Below are positions 48,607 through 63,802 of a DNA stretch of 64,000 nt, piece by piece. The notes beneath the pieces are model-generated. The model was given only the letters and a program-made list of their open reading frames with translations. It searched no databases and was not told the DNA's origin. This stretch comes from the human T2T-CHM13v2.0 reference genome, Homo sapiens. Location of the stretch: assembly GCF_009914755.1 (NCBI RefSeq), contig NC_060933.1, one strand, 5' to 3'. Every line of letters begins with the position of its first letter. Position 1 is the first letter of the stretch. A program made the translations under genes and the position numbers.

Positions 48607-49345
48607 TGTGGAGTCCTAATTAGAGAAAGGGAGTCAGGCTGGTGGGAGCAGGGGAAAGCAAAAAGAAAAAGCAGATAAGCTGTGAGTCTGCCTTTCTTCA
48701 TGGTCCAGGACACATAGCCCTCCTGCGCAAATAGCTCACAATCTTCCTGCACCCAGCTATCACCAGTCCCTCAGCTGATAGAAAAATGCAAGTTAGTTCA
48801 CTGCAACCTAGCCATTATCTGTACTGCACATATCCCTCTCCAGCACAAGCATCATCCTATAAAACCCAAGCAAGCCTCTGTCTCTTTGCAGTCAGCTCCT
48901 CTCTTGCTGATCTGCCCATTGCCTTCTTGCAATGCATTTTTACTACTTTCTCTCATATACTGCCTTGGTAAATTCTTTTTTTTTTTTTTTTTTTTTTTTT
49001 TGAGATTGGGTCTCACTGTGTCACCCAGGCTAGAGTACACTGGCATGATCTTGGCTCACTACAACCACTGCCTCCCTGGTTCAAGCGATCCTCCCTCCTC
49101 AGCTTCCCAAGTAGCTGGTATAATTCCAGCATGTGCCACCACACCCAGCTAATTTTTGTATTTTTAGTAGAGATGGGGTTTCACCATGTTGGCCAGGCTG
49201 GTTTCAAACTCCTGAGCTCAACTGATCTGCCCACCTCGGCCTCCCAAAGTGCTGGGATTACGGGAGTGAGCCATGATGCCCAGCCTGCCTTGGTAAATTC
49301 TTTTTACCAACTGCGTCACCAGCCTCAGATAGTTGCAGCAACTCA
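48607..49345 (+). mobile_element. MER84-type ERV1 LTR split by an Alu
   Basis: tgtggagtcctaattagagaaagggagtcaggctgg..cctataaaa..; approximate TSD ttca / ttct. Confidence 0.75.
48977..49285 (-). mobile_element. Alu (AluJ/S)
   Basis: TSD ctgccttggtaaattc. Confidence 0.9.
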
Positions 49346-50401
49346 TTCTTAAATCTAAGTTTATTCTGAATCTATTTTATTTTCTTTCACTGTTATCTAT
49401 TATTAGTATTCATTTCACTTGATAACATCTATTTCCAGAATCAAAATAGAACTGAGACAAGGAGAGAGAAAGAAAAAATACATAATGTAGTATTACAGAG
49501 TTAGGAATAGGGTTAATTAGTCAAAAAAAAGTTTGCAATAGAATTAAATAAGTTGCACGTACTGACAAATATAGGAAAAGAAGTATTTCTCTGGAGGAAA
49601 GGACGCAGATCTTGGAGGAAGTCTTTAGAGAGAAAAAAATGAGCTGAGAGCACTAATTAGCTGTATATGACCTCAGGGAAGTCACTTAACCTCTCTGGGG
49701 ATGATTCTATTTTACAGATTTTTTTTGGTATGTTAAATGAAAGAATTGAATTAAATGAGCTCAGAGCATCCTATTAAAGTACAATATAATAATTAATATT
49801 CCCAAGTCATCCAGAAAAGTCTAATTTGTGTTCTCTGTATTTTGTTTAATAAAGCTGAGAAGTTTGGAAAACATTTATTTGTCATGATAAATTGTTATTG
49901 ATACATTGAGTGTCCACCTTGTGCAAGTAGTGTCCTAGGCAATATACTTTCATTTTCTTGTTTAATTTATACTTTAATTAATTAATGGATTTTATAACTT
50001 GAATAATTGGATCAATTAAAAATGTCTTAAAATAACGTGTATGTATATATATTATATATCTTTATTATCATAAAAATGTAATATTATTGCAGAAAACCAG
50101 GAAAATAGAGAAAATCATATACAAAAAAGTAATTCTGTCACTCTGAAAGCAACTATTAACATTTTGAAGCATATCTGTTGAATAGAGACAAATATTAGTT
50201 AAGATTTTTTAAAATAAAATTGAGACCAAATTCAACATATTTCTATCCTGTTTCTATTTTCAAAAACATGCTTTTTCAGTAACCATATAGTATTCCATTT
50301 TATAAATATAAAGGACTAGATAATCCTTTTGGTTGGCCATAAATAAAAGTTTTGACACCAATGATGTAAACTTTAGTTACACCAAAAATTCCCCAGGGCA
50401 A

Positions 50402-50857
50402 TGTCGCAGTCAGGGTCCCCAGAGGAAACAGATGGCAAACAGCAAGAGGGTAATTTGAAAAGTGTTAAATACAAGAACTATTTACAAAGGAGTGGGCAGG
50501 GATTAGGGGAACCAGAAGTAATAATGTAGTATGTGATAGCACTGTTGATGGTACCCCTTAGCTTGGAGGAGCGAGAGGAGGCAGCAGTTCCTAGAACTTG
50601 GAGACAAAGAAACCTCCATGGAGACAGCTGCCTGACAAAAGCTGTAGCTGGCACTTGGTTGAGGGAGTAGCCAGTGTGCAGCGACCCAGCTTGGAGGTGC
50701 AGGGGATAAACACCTTGACACCCTCATTTGCTCTGAGGGCCAGGGAGGCCAGGGAGATGTTGGTGTAGTCCACACAAATCAGCCTGCTTAGCCACAAGGC
50801 ATGGCAGAGAAACGTGAAGAGTGCACCAGGAGGAGCAAATGGAGTTCTGAACACACA
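50402..50857 (-). mobile_element. Old ERVL LTR (LTR33-like)
   Basis: cagggtccccagaggaaacagatggc..gggtaatttga..ctatttacaaagg motif. Confidence 0.5.
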
Positions 50858-50909
50858 CTTTTACTTTGATCACGCTTACTTGGCAGAATTCATCTTTGTA
50901 ATGACTTGA

Positions 50910-51470
50910 TCTGGGAGTCAGAGATAGTTTCTCTTAAGAAGTGATGTTAAATCTGAGACCTAGAGGATGTGTAGTTGCTAAGAATATGAAGAACAAGGAA
51001 AATAATACATGAAGTAGGGGGAATAGTATGTGCAAAGTCCCTGTGGTAGAAGGGTGTTTTTAAGGAACTGAAAGAAGGCCAGTGGGTAAGACAGAAAGAC
51101 AAAGTGGATAGAACAAAGTAAAATAGAGTGAAGATTTTGGCAGGGCAATATTGTAGGTCCCACTAAGGATTTTGGTCTTTAACCTTGAAATGAAAGTAAA
51201 TCATTGACAGGTGTTAGGATCAAATGGCAGATTAGATTTGCATATTAAGAATATTATTATTCTGCTCTGGGGAGAATGGATTGGCAGACAAACAAAAATG
51301 AAATTGAGGTGAGTATAGTATTAATCCAGGTAAAAGTTTGGATTAAGGTGCTGGTAGAGATGGTGTGACACAGACAGGTTTGAGAAATGTGCGGGACATA
51401 ACATTGACAAAACTTGATAATATATTGGATATGAGAATGTAAGGGTGGGGATAGTGTCAAATAAATCTAC
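50910..51470 (-). mobile_element. L2 fragment
   Basis: tgtgcaaagtccctgtggtag..aaggaactgaaagaaggccagtg..taaggattttggtcttt. Confidence 0.65.
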
Positions 51471-51507
51471 CAGATTACTATGCTTGCTTATAAAACTGGA
51501 TGGATGG

Positions 51508-51851
<344 letters not shown>

Positions 51852-51871
51852 TTATAAAATGGTGTATATAG

Positions 51872-52191
<320 letters not shown>

Positions 52192-53339
52192 CAGTTCGGC
52201 TATTTCTTAATGAGTTAAAGACCATATGTTCTAGAAATAAAGTGGTTGTGAAGCTGAACAATGAGAACAGAAACCATTTCTACAATTTAACACTTGTTAA
52301 GCAATCAGAGGAGTGGTAGGTGTCAGGAGGAAGAACTGGGAGAGAGAGGTTAGAGGACTGACATGAAGCAGACATTGAGGAAAGAGGAATTTATGCAATA
52401 ATGGCCCAGGTTGCTGCAGATGTGAGAAAATATTCAACTTTTGAGAAAACATAATAGAAAAAAAATAGTTTGGCACAAAAATACAAATAAGCAAGCAAAA
52501 CAAAATTACTACTTTTCTTCCCCTCCCTCCCCCACTCCCTTTTCTCTTTCTCTGTCCCTGGGGACCAGCGTAAGGATCAATGGTCTGCCTTCGACAGTCC
52601 CCATCCCTAGCTATTTGCTCCTTTGTTGAGTGCCCCCTTTCCTCACCTTATCTTATGAAAAGCGTTCCAACCCTCCTAGACTGTGAGCTCCTAGAAAGCG
52701 GACTTAGCCTATTTTTGTATGCTATATATCACATAGCCTACTGTACAGAGTAGCTGCTCATTTGTGTTTCTTATATTGAGGTAAATCTGAATCTTACCTG
52801 GGCCAAACTCTGCGTTAGGATCTGGGTATTCAACTGTCAGGGGACTCAAGTGTGAGCAAGACCTTGTCTCTACCATCCTAGATCATACAGTCTTAGGAGG
52901 ACATTGACACTAAAAAAGGCCATTACATGACCCTCAGATGAATGCGCATGGGGTAAGTACGGGTCCTCTGGATAACAGAGGAGCATGGAATGGTAACCCT
53001 AGAGACAACCTGGTGCCATTCCTGCTAGATACCGACATCTCCTATATGAATTTTGGTGGTGGGGTGAGGGGATAGGGAAATGGGGGCTGTGAGCAAGGAG
53101 GGAGGTTCCAGGAACATCTTTCACATCCCCTAGTCCCCATTTCCTTCATGAACTGCTGTATCCATCAAGTGCGGGTACGCAGGGAGCACAGTCGTTGTGC
53201 CAGGTGGGTGCCAGCACACAGCAGTCATTGACACTGTACAGACTTCTGGAGTAAATGGAGGGATGGATGAAACACTTGTGCAATCGAAATTTTTGCGACT
53301 CCTTCCATTTGACAAGTACTGTCCACGCCATTCATTCCC

Positions 53340-53700
53340 CAACCCAAAGCCCGCGAAGCCCCGCAGCTTACACAGAGGCCCCGCCCAACCGCCCCGCTCT
53401 GCGCGCTCCCTCAGCTCCAGCGCCGCAGCTCTGGGAGACACGCTGAACGGTAGTCAAGTTCCGGGTCACAGTGCGCTTGCGTAGGAGGAGCCAGTGGCGA
53501 AGAAGGGGAGGAGCTCGCGAAGCTTAGACTGCAGTGACGAGGAAAACGTGGATGGGATAGGAGCAGGAAAACCTCTAGGGCTCTGTGGGGTTAGTGCTCT
53601 TGGGGCCGTTTAGTGGGTGTCCCGGGGGTACTCAAAGAGAACCCGTCAGAGACTGACCTTAGTTTACACACGATGCGTCTTTTACTGCTCACATCGAGTC
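53340..53700. promoter_or_regulatory. Small CpG island, candidate promoter / first exon of an unidentified transcript
   Basis: Non-repeat and GC-rich, with about 20 CpGs in 53350-53550 (hand count). Contains GC boxes (ccccgccc), ETS-like ttccgg and NRF1-like tgcgcttgcg. Confidence 0.7.
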
Positions 53701-53759
53701 TATTGATTTTGCTTTTTTTTTTTTTCAATTACTTTAGTGGTCAAGAATTGCTGCTTTGC

Positions 53760-53985
53760 AGTGAGACAGATCCAGATTCCAGTGTCTGGTGTGACTGTGT
53801 GTGGCCTTGGGCAAGTTATCTGTCCAAGTTTCAATCGCTACCTGTATCAAATGTAGTTGATTGTAGTTGTGTGCATCACAGGGATTTTGTGAAGATTAAA
53901 TGACGTCGTATGTATCAAGGGCTTAGCGCACTGCCTGGTACGCAGAAAAAGCCCAGTAAATGGCAAGTGCTATTATAACCATTAT
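53760..53985 (+). mobile_element. MIR
   Basis: tgtgtggccttgggcaagttat..ttgtgaagattaaatga..gcttagcgcactgcctggta. Confidence 0.75.
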
Positions 53986-53989
53986 CATG

Positions 53990-54107
53990 AGGTTGGAGGA
54001 TCGCTTGAGCCTGGGAGGTTGAGGCTGCAGCGAGCAGTGATCGCCCCACTGCCCTCCAGCCTGGGCAACAGAGTAAAACCCTGAAAAAACAAAACAAACA
54101 AACAAAA
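53990..54107 (+). mobile_element. Alu right-arm fragment
   Basis: ggaggatcgcttgagcctgggagg..ccagcctgggcaaca. Confidence 0.8.
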
Positions 54108-54114
54108 GCCCAGG

Positions 54115-54850
54115 GGAAACAAATCAAATGTCCCCGTATAAATGATAAACAAAATGTGGTATATACGGAACCTTATTCAGCCTTTAAAAAGAGTGAAATT
54201 CTGATGCAAGTTACAACATGGACAAACCTTGAAGACACTATGCTAAGTGAAAAAAAACATACACAAAAGAACACATGTTGTATGATTCCAGTTACATGAA
54301 GTATCTGGAATAGTCAAATATTATACACAAAGACAGATGAATAGAATAATGGTTACCTGAGGCTGCAGGTAGGGCAGAAATGAGGAGTTAGTGTTTAACA
54401 GGTGCAGAGTTGAGGATGATGAAAACGTCTGGATGGATGGTGAAAATGGTTGCACAGCCATGTGAATGCACTTAATGCCACTGAACTGTACACTTAAAAA
54501 TGGTTAAAATGGGCCGGGCGCAGTGGCTCACGCCTGTAATCCCAGCACTTTGGGAGGCCGAGGCGGGTGGATCACGAGGTCAGGAGTTCGAAACCAGCCT
54601 GACCAACGTGGTGGAACCCCGTCTCTACTAAAAATACAAAAATTGGCTGGGCGTGGTGGCGCGCACCTGTAATCCCAGCTACTCAGGAGGCTGAGGCAAG
54701 AGAATCGCTTGAACGCGGAAGGCAGAGGTTGCAGTCAGCCGAAATCGCGCCACTGCACTCCAGCCTGGGCGACAGAGCAAGACCTCAAAACCAAAACAAA
54801 ACCAAAAAATGGTTAAAATGGTAAATTTTATGTATATTTTACCACACAAA
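54115..54850 (+). mobile_element. L1MB-type 3' end split by an Alu
   Basis: aaaatgtggtatata..ttgtatgattcca..cacttaaaaatggttaaaatggtaaatttt. Confidence 0.8.
54512..54808 (+). mobile_element. Alu (AluSg-like), CpG-rich
   Basis: TSD aaaaatggttaaaatgg. Confidence 0.9.
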
Positions 54851-55295
54851 GAAAAGGAGAGGAAAGAAGCCCAGGAGCAGGCAGCGCACAGCGGGAGTGC
54901 ATGGCAGCTCAGCTCAACAATGCTCTCAGGCGCTTAGGGTCCTTCTATCTTTCAGTTTACCACTCCCAGCATGTGACTTTTGTCCTTGTGGTCATAAGAT
55001 GATTGCTGCTTCTCGAGGAATTGTGTGCATGTACTAGATAAGAAAAGCCAAAAGTCATCTTCTTGTGAAGTTTTATATTTTCATTCAAGAAAAGGAGCCT
55101 AAGGGAATACCCGCCTGCTACTCATTGACAGGAATTTTATCAAGTTGACCTCTCAACAGGAGTCTGGGAAAGTTACTTTTCAAGTGTCTAAAGTATAGAA
55201 TGGCACAATAAAGGGGAGCTGTGAGGTCCCCCTTATCATGCCATTCTATAGATACTTGAAAGGTAATTTCAAGTATCTAAAGTATAGAATTTTCA

Positions 55296-55667
<372 letters not shown>

Positions 55668-55779
55668 TTATTTTGCTTTTTTCCATAAATGTGCTTATAC
55701 TGCATATTATTTTTTGCAACTTGCTATTTTTTCTTAGCAATATGAATTAGAATTCCTCAGTTCCTTTAGCTGCTGCAAA

Positions 55780-56240
55780 ATACTCTTGTTTCTAAGGCAC
55801 ACTTTTTTATTCACATTTTATGATCTCTCAGATTGGTATGCATCTTACAGTTGCTGTCAGCTAGCAAGGCAGCAATAGTGATGTGGTTGTCATTGCCTGC
55901 TGGGTATGCATCAAAACTTGCAGAATGGAGGTTAGCAGCCTGGCATATTGATGATTCTGAGTCTAAACATTATACAGAAGGTTCAGACTCTGAGAAGAGG
56001 ATTTAGCTATATGGTAATCAATTTATTTCATGAATCCTTTTAATTTATGCATAAGGATAATATGGAACTAAAGATGTCTTAAGCCTTAATTAGCTTTTTC
56101 AATAAGTATAAAATAAAAATTATAAATGGCAAGAAAGCTTTGTGTCATAGCTTAATTAGGATCATTTTTCTTTCTTAATGATGTATGAAATAACGAAGGC
56201 TATAGCGGGTCACATCCTCGAGTTAATGAAATACAGTGTT
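55780..56240 (+). mobile_element. Second Tc2/Kanga-type DNA transposon relic
   Basis: Shares gcatcaaaac..agaatgg, attgatga.tctga.tc.aaa, ..tcagact and the atgaaatacag terminus with 44350-45610. Confidence 0.55.
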
Positions 56241-56241
56241 C

Positions 56242-56537
56242 TTTTTTTTTTTTTTGAGACCGAGTCTCGCTCTGTGGCCCAGGCTGGAGTGCAGTGGCGC
56301 GATCTCGGCTCACTGCAAGCTCCGCCTCCCGAGTTCACGCCATTCTCCTCTCTCAGCCTCCTGAGTGGCTGGGACTACAGGCGCCCGCCACTACGCCCGG
56401 CTAATTTTTTGTATTTTTAGTAGAGACAGGGTTTCACCGTGTTAGCCAGGATGGTCTCGATCTCCTGACCTCGTGATCCGCCCGCCTCTGCCTCCCAAAA
56501 TGCTGGGATTACAGGCGTGAGCCACTGCGCCCGGCCG
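56242..56537 (-). mobile_element. AluY
   Basis: TSD gaaatacagtgttct / gaaatacggtgttct. Confidence 0.92.
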
Positions 56538-57703
56538 AAATACGGTGTTCTAAATATGACTATTCCATAGCTTATTTAATCATTTCCTTTTTGATAGAAG
56601 TTAGGTTTAATGATGCTTTAGGAAACCCTTGTGCATGCCCTTTTTTGCATATGTGAAAGTAGTCGTTCTCTAGATACCTAGGAATACACATTTTAACATT
56701 CTGAGAGCAACTGCCCTGTAAAAAGCTCCTATCGATTTACACTTCCATGAAAGAACCCATTTTTTCCAAACAGTTTTACATTTTGGTCAATCTGGTATCT
56801 GAAAATAGTACATCATTGTTTTGATTTTGTCTTTTAGTGTTGTTAAGGGTGTCTATAACATAGAAGCCAATTTTTAAAAATCAACTTTTTATTTTTGTGT
56901 AGTTTTAGATTTACAGAAAAACTGTGAAGATAGAACAGAGTACTCCTATATATCCCACACCTAGTTTCTCTATTGTTAATATCTTACATTAGAATGGTAT
57001 CTTTGTCACAATCAATGAACAAATATTGATACATTATTATTAACTAAAGCCCATATTTTATTCAGATTTTCTTCATTTTTGCCTAATGTCCTTTTTCTGT
57101 TGGACAGTCCCATTCGAAATAGCACATTAAATGTAATCATCATGTCTTCTATACCCCTCTTGGTTGTGAAAATTTCTCAGACTTTTATTGTTTTTGATAG
57201 CCTTGATGTTTTCAGGAGTACTAATTAGGTATTTTGTAGAACGTTCCTCAGTTGGGATTTGTTTGGTGTTTTTCTAATCATTGGACTGGAGTTTGGGTTT
57301 GGGGGCGGAAACCTGAAGAGGTAACTCTGATCATACCATTTCAAGGGTACAGATTGTTAACATGACTTGTCACTAGTGATATTAACCTTGTTCATCTGGC
57401 TGAAATAGCGTTTGTCAGGTTTCTCCATGGTAAAGTTACTCTTCTTTTTTCCCCCTTTTCTATACTGTACCCTTTGAAAGGCAGTCACTGCACAATCCAT
57501 ACTTAAGGGGTGGGAATTTATGCTCCACCACCTTAAGGATGGAGTATCTTCACATATTATTTGGAATTCTTCTGCATAGAAGAGTTGCCTACTCTTCCCT
57601 ATTAATTTAATTAATGTGTTTATTCCATCATTTATTTGTACAGTATGGGCTCATGGTTATTTATTGTATACTTTGAGTTACATTAAGAATTCAGTGCTAC
57701 TTC

Positions 57704-58002
<299 letters not shown>

Positions 58003-58041
58003 ATTCAATGCTACTTTCTTTTGTTGCTCAAATTGTTCTAG

Positions 58042-58585
<544 letters not shown>

Positions 58586-58664
58586 TAGAAATGATTTTTT
58601 ACATAGTTATATTTATGAATCTTGTTCTGTATGACTTTGCTTGTAGTATTTTACATAAGAAAGT

Positions 58665-58802
58665 ACAGTAAGTCCTCACTTAACATTGTCAATAGGCTCT
58701 TGTAAACTGCAACTTTAAGCAAAACAACATAGAAAACCAATTTTTTTCTCATCAAAATTAGAAGAAAACGATGTTGAAAGACACATTATTCAAGGATCTG
58801 CT
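58665..58802 (+). mobile_element. MER82-type Tigger fragment
   Basis: ta-cagtaagtcctcacttaacattgtcaatagg..aaactgcaactttaagc. Confidence 0.7.
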
Positions 58803-59510
58803 TTTTGTATTTCCTTTTCTGATAACACAAAGAAGTGCTCTATTTTATTTTAATACCTAGCTAATGTTTTTTACATGTAGCTTTAAAATGCATCTGGAAT
58901 CTTTCTTTTTATGTGATGCGGAGTAGGAATGTTATTTCTCTGTAAACAGGTAATTAATTATCTCAACTCCATTTGTGGACTAATCAATCTTTTCCTCTAC
59001 GGTCTAAATGTATGATATTTCTACATGTCCAAGAGTCTTTTCAGGGTTCTATTTTATTCTTTGAGTTTAATTGTCTAATCCTGTTTAGAGACAGGCAAAT
59101 TTAATTTCTATAAGTTTGTAGGATACTATCTGATAGAATGAGTGCCATCTTGAATCTTTTGCAAAATGTCTTCACTATTCTTGAACATTTTCTCTTGGAG
59201 ATAAATTTTAGAATCAACTTATCAAATTGCACGTTTACCATGTGCAGTTTTAGCCATTGTCAATTTTATTTTGTATTAATTCTTTCTACAGAAATATTTA
59301 TTATAAATTGGACACAATACAGACAGTTTATATTTAATTCTTAACTTATGAAAACACTGTAAGCAAATCCTTTCAGATGCTACAGAAGAGTAACATCATC
59401 TTGTCATCTTCCATTGGTGTCTTGCTTTTTTAGCTTTGTCTATACATACTAACTACTCATTTTGTGGTAGAGTTAAGAACAATAGGTTAAATTATAATGT
59501 CCTTCGTTTG

Positions 59511-59825
59511 TTGGGCATGGTGGCTTATGCCAGTAATACCAGCACTTTGAGAGGCCGAGGCAGGAAGATTGGGAGGCCAAGGTAGGAGGATTGCTTGAGG
59601 CCAAGAGTTTGATATGAGCCTGGGCAACATAGCAAGACCCCATCTCTAAAAAAAAATTTTTTTTAATTAGCTGAGCTCAGCAGTACTCTTCTGCAGTCCC
59701 AGCTACTCGAGAGGCTTAAGCCTAAGAGTTTGAGGCTTCAGTGAGCTATGATCATGCTATGTGCCATTGTACTCCAGCCTGGGTGACAGAGTGATACCCT
59801 GTCTCTAATAAATAAATAAATAAAA
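59511..59825 (+). mobile_element. AluJ with a ~23-bp internal tandem duplication
   Basis: gaggccgaggcaggaagattg followed by ggaggccaaggtaggaggattg. Confidence 0.85.
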
Positions 59826-60904
59826 GTCCAAAATTTCCTTGTGTGGGAATGTGCCCAGGTCTAAAATGTTTACCAGTTTTAAAACTGTGGAGTCAAAATG
59901 GCTTGCCAAAACCAAACCAAACCAAAAATCATCAAACAAAAATGCACATCAATACAATGCTTTATCAGTCCTATGAAATACCATAGTTTATTGATGCATT
60001 TCCCTATTGATGAACTTTTAAGTTCTTTTCAATGTTTCTCTCTCTCTCTTTCTTGCTTTCTTTCTCTCTCTCCCTCCCTCCCTCTTTTCTCTCTCCCTAC
60101 CTCCTGCCTTCCTTTATTGTCCATAATCAAAGCTGCCATGAACATGGCTGTTGGTAATCACAGGCAAGTCTTTTTCTAGAAAAGACACTGAGAAGTACAA
60201 TGGCTGAATTAGAAATTTGAGTGAAAAGATGAGGGTGGTAGCAACTGATGTTGAAACAGCTGTTAGGGATCAAAACCAAACTCTTTGTTTTTCAGACATC
60301 AATCCTCTTCCTCAAGGTTTCACAGCCTCTTAGTGGCAGACCGGCTCTAGTAATAAAGAACAATTTCAAGCAGCTTTATAGAAAGTAACATAGGTTTGCA
60401 GCAGCAGTGGTGGCAGTCTGTGCAGGCTGCTGTTGCCTCTGAGTCTAATGCTGAGCCTGAAGTCGCTGTAGGTCAGCCAGTTTGACAGACGGGAAGGAAA
60501 CTGAATATGGACAAGGTCAAGGACAAACTAAAACCTGTGAGGACAAACTGTGGCCCACAACGAACACTAGACCCTGCCTCTGTCTCTCACCAACTCTAAC
60601 CTTGATGCTCATGCTTTCATTGTGGGTCAGAACTCAGGGAAGCTAAAGGAGCTGCAGGACCCAGTGCTGCCCCATGGCATAAGGTTAGCCAGTGATCATG
60701 ACATGATGTCCCACCGCCTATTGCCCAGGAAGACCTTCAGAGTGTAAAAGACATGTCTCCAGCTTCCAAATCTCCACCTTCCAAATCTAACCCAGAATGT
60801 CTCTTAGGTCCATGGCTAAGCCAGAACTATACAAGGAACAGAATTCTGGGAAACAGTACCAAGTTAGCTTAGCTAACCTGACGTAGTACAAAGCTGCTGC
60901 GTCT

Positions 60905-61400
60905 GGTGTGGAGGTTTTAAAATATGTCTATGAATACTTTGCTATGGGGAAAGACAGTCACCCTTTTGTGAGGTTATTCAAACAGTGTATGGGGAAGCTC
61001 ATAAAGAGGATTGACATCTGAAAAACAAAGAGTTTGCTTTCAATCCCTAACAGCTGTTTCAACATTAGTCGCTACTACCCTCATCTTTTCACTCAAGTTT
61101 CTAATTCAGCAACAGACATAGATGGAGAGCAACTGAGCCCTCTTACCAAAAACCAGCACTAACTTGACAACTGTGTGTGTGTATGAGCCACCTTGGAAGT
61201 CTATTCTCCAACCCCAGGCAAGACTTCAAATGACTCTTCCCCCAGGTGACATATTGCTGACTACCTTAGGAGAGACCTCAAGGCAGAACTGTTTGGTTAA
61301 GCTACTTCCTGATCTTCAGAGACTGTGAGATAATAAATGATGGTTGATTTAAGCCTCTAAATATTAGAGTAATTTGCCGTATAGCAATAAGTAACTATAC
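60905..61400 (+). mobile_element. MLT1-type MaLR LTR
   Basis: agccaccttggaagt..gagactgtgagataataaatg..ttaagcc..tatagcaata. Confidence 0.6.
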
Positions 61401-61462
61401 ACCTAGGTATCAATTATTTAGAGTAATCGAGTACTCCAAAAACAAGTAGTAAAAGCTTCAGA

Positions 61463-61819
<357 letters not shown>

Positions 61820-62477
61820 TTATGGGCTTGTAATATGTTCACCAAAACTACCTCAACATCAAATTGTTGTGGCACCAGCAAGTCCAGTGGCCAGTACCTT
61901 GCAAGTCTAGCCATTTTAAAATCAACAAAGTGGGCCTCAGGAAAAGATGGGGTGTAGACATTTGAAATGCACGAGTCCTGGAATTTTCATGCAGCCTGGA
62001 TTTCTTTCTGACTCTGTCCCCCACGACTTCCTGACCCGCCACTTTTCTAGGTTGCTTTTCAACTCTGGCTTTTGGGTTTCTCAACAGTTCTACCTGTAGC
62101 CTCTTATTCAGCGCTCCAAGCTCCTCCCCTCATTTGCTCCCTGGACAGCTGGATTCTGCAGGTTGAGGTATTTCTATTTCTCTCAATACCCATTTATTAT
62201 AAAAGATATTTGAATATATCTGGCAATCTGAAGAACAGTTTCCATTTTATGGAAGGGGATGTTGAGATAGAAAATCAACTTTATGTGTGCATTGGTAAGA
62301 TCATAAAGGGCATCACTGCTATTTCTTGAAGCTTCCTAAAAGCTATCCTTCTGCTTGGCTGTTGTTCGATGTTGCATTTACGAGAAATCTGCAAAGAGGC
62401 AGATTGGCAGTCAGAGATTACCTAACAGGATAACTGTACCTTGGTGGAGTCAGCACAGATCAAAGATTATCCAGTTC

Positions 62478-62789
<312 letters not shown>

Positions 62790-62925
62790 TTATCCAGTTC
62801 TTCAATATGTGATGATAATAGTTAATATTTATATAGAAACCATCAAATTGATTTACATATAAAATTCATTTAATCCTCTCAACAATTCTGTGATGTAGGT
62901 ACTCTGCTTTATAAGATCACTTACT

Positions 62926-63223
62926 TTTTTTTTTTTTTTTTTTGAGACACAGTCTTGCTCTGTAGCCCAGCTGGAGTGCAGTGACGTGATCTTGACTCAC
63001 TGCAACCTCTGCCTCCTGGGTTCAAGCAATTCTCCTGCCTCAGCCTCCTGAGTATGTGGGACTACAGACACGCAGTACCATGCCCGGCTAATTTTTGTAT
63101 TTTTAGTAGAGACAAGGCTTCACCATGTTTGCCACTCTGGTCTTGAACTCCTGACCTCAAATGATCCACCCACCTTGGCCTCCCAAAGTGCTGGGATTAC
63201 AGGCATAAGCCACTGCACCTGGC
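62926..63223 (-). mobile_element. Alu (AluS)
   Basis: Antisense dimer; approximate TSD tcacttact / tcacctact. Confidence 0.9.
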
Positions 63224-63802
63224 AGGTCACCTACTATTTTATAGTGACAAATTTTCCAGGAAAGTCTCAATTTCAAAGATCTTGTTTCATTATTCTCATT
63301 AGCTATCAAAATACTTGAGAAGTTGCAATATTTTAGCACCTGAACTGCATCATCCAGACTGCCTCTACCATCAGAGAGTGGATCCCAAATACATTTTATA
63401 CTATTTATCCTAATTTTTGGCTCAGAAAATATGGTCATATTAATAGAATGATTTCAGTGTAGCTACCTACCCATGCCAACTTCTGGTGAATACCCTCACT
63501 TACAGCCCTTGCTTGTGCCAGGTGGCTATTTTTGTACCGGGTGATACTGCCCCTCCATCTCATAACAGCTGATTGGATCGGAAGTGGACTTCTAATCCGA
63601 AACTAGTCAATTCATAGATTGCCGTCTTGTGTCCTGGCTTGAAACAATGGATTGAGCCCATAGGTTTTGTCTGGGTAAATATGAACCAAGAGACAAGGAG
63701 GAGGTTTCCTTGTTGACCTTGGGCTGTGGTGTCTATGATGACCAAGCACAGCATCAGTAAACAGAGGGAGAGTGGTGTAACCATACAGAAAGACTGAGAG
63801 AC

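Noticed and set aside
53130-53903. ORFs overlapping the CpG island as a coding first exon
   Set aside because: No recognisable domain, several use non-ATG starts, and such ORFs are expected by chance in GC-rich DNA.
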